Source of the DNA: an uncultured Planctomycetota bacterium
GTDB taxonomy: Bacteria > Planctomycetota > Planctomycetia > Isosphaerales > Isosphaeraceae
Length of the DNA stretch: 64,000 bases
NCBI GenBank assembly: GCA_963823665.1
Contig: CAWGMQ010000005.1
Coordinates: 1,856,001 to 1,920,000 of the forward strand
Direction of reading: 5' to 3'
In this document: positions 63,082 through 64,000 of the stretch, piece by piece
Layout: the number at the start of each line of letters is the position of its first letter
Position numbering within the stretch: the first letter of the stretch is position 1
Program-made: the position numbers and the translations under genes
Notes under the pieces: generated by a model
The model's database searches: none
Told to the model about the DNA's origin: nothing
Seen by the model: the letters and a program-made list of their open reading frames with translations, nothing else

Positions 63082-63469
63082 ATGTGCCGTGGTATAGAAT
63101 AATCTGTTGATCTATCCAAGGCAGTATTCCAGGCAGCGGCAAATTGATGCCCCTTCCGAGGAAGAGGAGGTGAGACCAGCAAGAGCCATCTCTAATCATA
63201 GCCGATCGCTTCCGCGGAGCAACGCCGAGTACACGGAGCACCAGTGCGGTCTGCCCGATTGGACTTCTTGCGCAACATGGCGGGAACGAAGGCTTCCAGC
63301 GAAGCGGATGCCCTTCACCGGCTGATGAAGTGCGGTCCCGGTAAGGCTTCGTTTCCTCCATCGCCGCTCCGATAGCCGCCGGTCGGAGCGACTCAGTTGC
63401 CGGGCGGAAATTATAGCCACTGAAGATCAGCACCTTCCGCAGGAGGCACTATAGGACTGGCCTCACAGA

Positions 63470-63800
63470 TTGAGATGGGAAAGGCTGAGGGGCGTTATAT
63501 CGTCGGTTCGCTGCCGAGCCTGCCGTTCTTGGGCGGACAGTTTGATCTGGCTCTGTGCTCGCACTTGTTCTTTCCTTACTCGGATCGATTGAGCTTTGAG
63601 TTTCATCTGGCGTCGATTGAGGAGTTGCTGCGGGTGGCGGCGGAGGTTCGGGTTCTTGACCTTGGAGCGAGAACACTCGCCGCATGTTGAGCCTTTGGTG
63701 AGCTGGTTGGGGGAGAAGGGGTGGAGGGCTGAGATTTGTGGGGTGGCGTATGAATTTCAGCGAGGGGGTGATCGGATGCTTTGGATTGGGAGGCGTGATT
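63470..63800 (+). pseudogene. SAM-dependent methyltransferase remnant, copy C (3' part, frameshifted)
   Basis: GKAEGRYIVGSLPSLPF..GQFDLALCSHL, FEFHLASIEELLRVA, then VAYEFQRGGDRML in another frame. Confidence 0.8.
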
Positions 63801-63834
63801 TTGCAGGCGGTTAGTTTCGTCAATGAGGCTGAGG

Positions 63835-63989
63835 CCGAAGCGGTACGATCTTGCCCGCGCCCGCGTGGTTCACGGCTTCGCAGGAAGCGTAGCGAAGTCA
63901 TGAAATGAGATTACGAGCCGGATGCCTCTTTGACAGGCAAGTTTCGATCTGGGGGGGCTCGGGTGCACGGCCACCTAACTCTACCCGGC
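63835..63989 (+). mobile_element. degenerate 3' end of a group II intron (maturase C-terminal stub + domains V-VI)
   Basis: KRYDLARARVVHGFAGSVAKS* followed by GAGCCGGATGCCT..AGGCAAGTTTCGATCTGGGGGGGCTCGGGTG..CACCTAACTCTACCCGGC. Confidence 0.7.
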
Positions 63990-64000
63990 GCAGGGAAGAG

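Noticed and set aside
61191..63639. 46-bp identical repeats as a CRISPR array or integron attC sites
   Set aside because: The repeats are coding fragments of a methyltransferase, about 1-1.4 kb apart and non-palindromic.

Overview
GC-rich bacterial DNA, inferred to come from a planctomycete (Isosphaeraceae-like). Supporting signs are a membrane-anchored ECF sigma factor, several Ser/Thr kinases, the H4MPT-pathway formyltransferase fhcD and a DUF4058 remnant. Bases 1-41500 look like core genome: Kdo hydroxylase, GT87, a degenerate MurE-like ligase, ExbB/ExbD/ExbD, a membrane pyrophosphatase, an ECF-kinase-FHA signalling cluster, an RpoD/RpoS-family sigma factor, nusB, 5-formyl-THF cyclo-ligase and fhcD. 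Six genes in this part carry seven single-base frameshifts that look like sequencing or assembly errors. From about 41500 the window is a plastic region. It holds many gene relics: transposase, an ArsR/SDR deletion junction, EF-Tu domain 3, DJ-1, DUF4058, three copies of one methyltransferase fragment and a group II intron 3' end. Among these sit two intact divergent operons. One is sorA-sorB plus a single-polypeptide CcoN-CcoO-dihaem cbb3-type oxidase and a 50-aa membrane protein, a candidate self-contained sulfite-to-O2 respiratory module. The other is malic enzyme-alsS-budA, a candidate malate-to-acetoin deacidification pathway, followed by a NADAR-SMI1/KNR4 fusion. No rRNA, tRNA or CRISPR array was recognised. 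All calls come from reading motifs by eye; no database searches were run.
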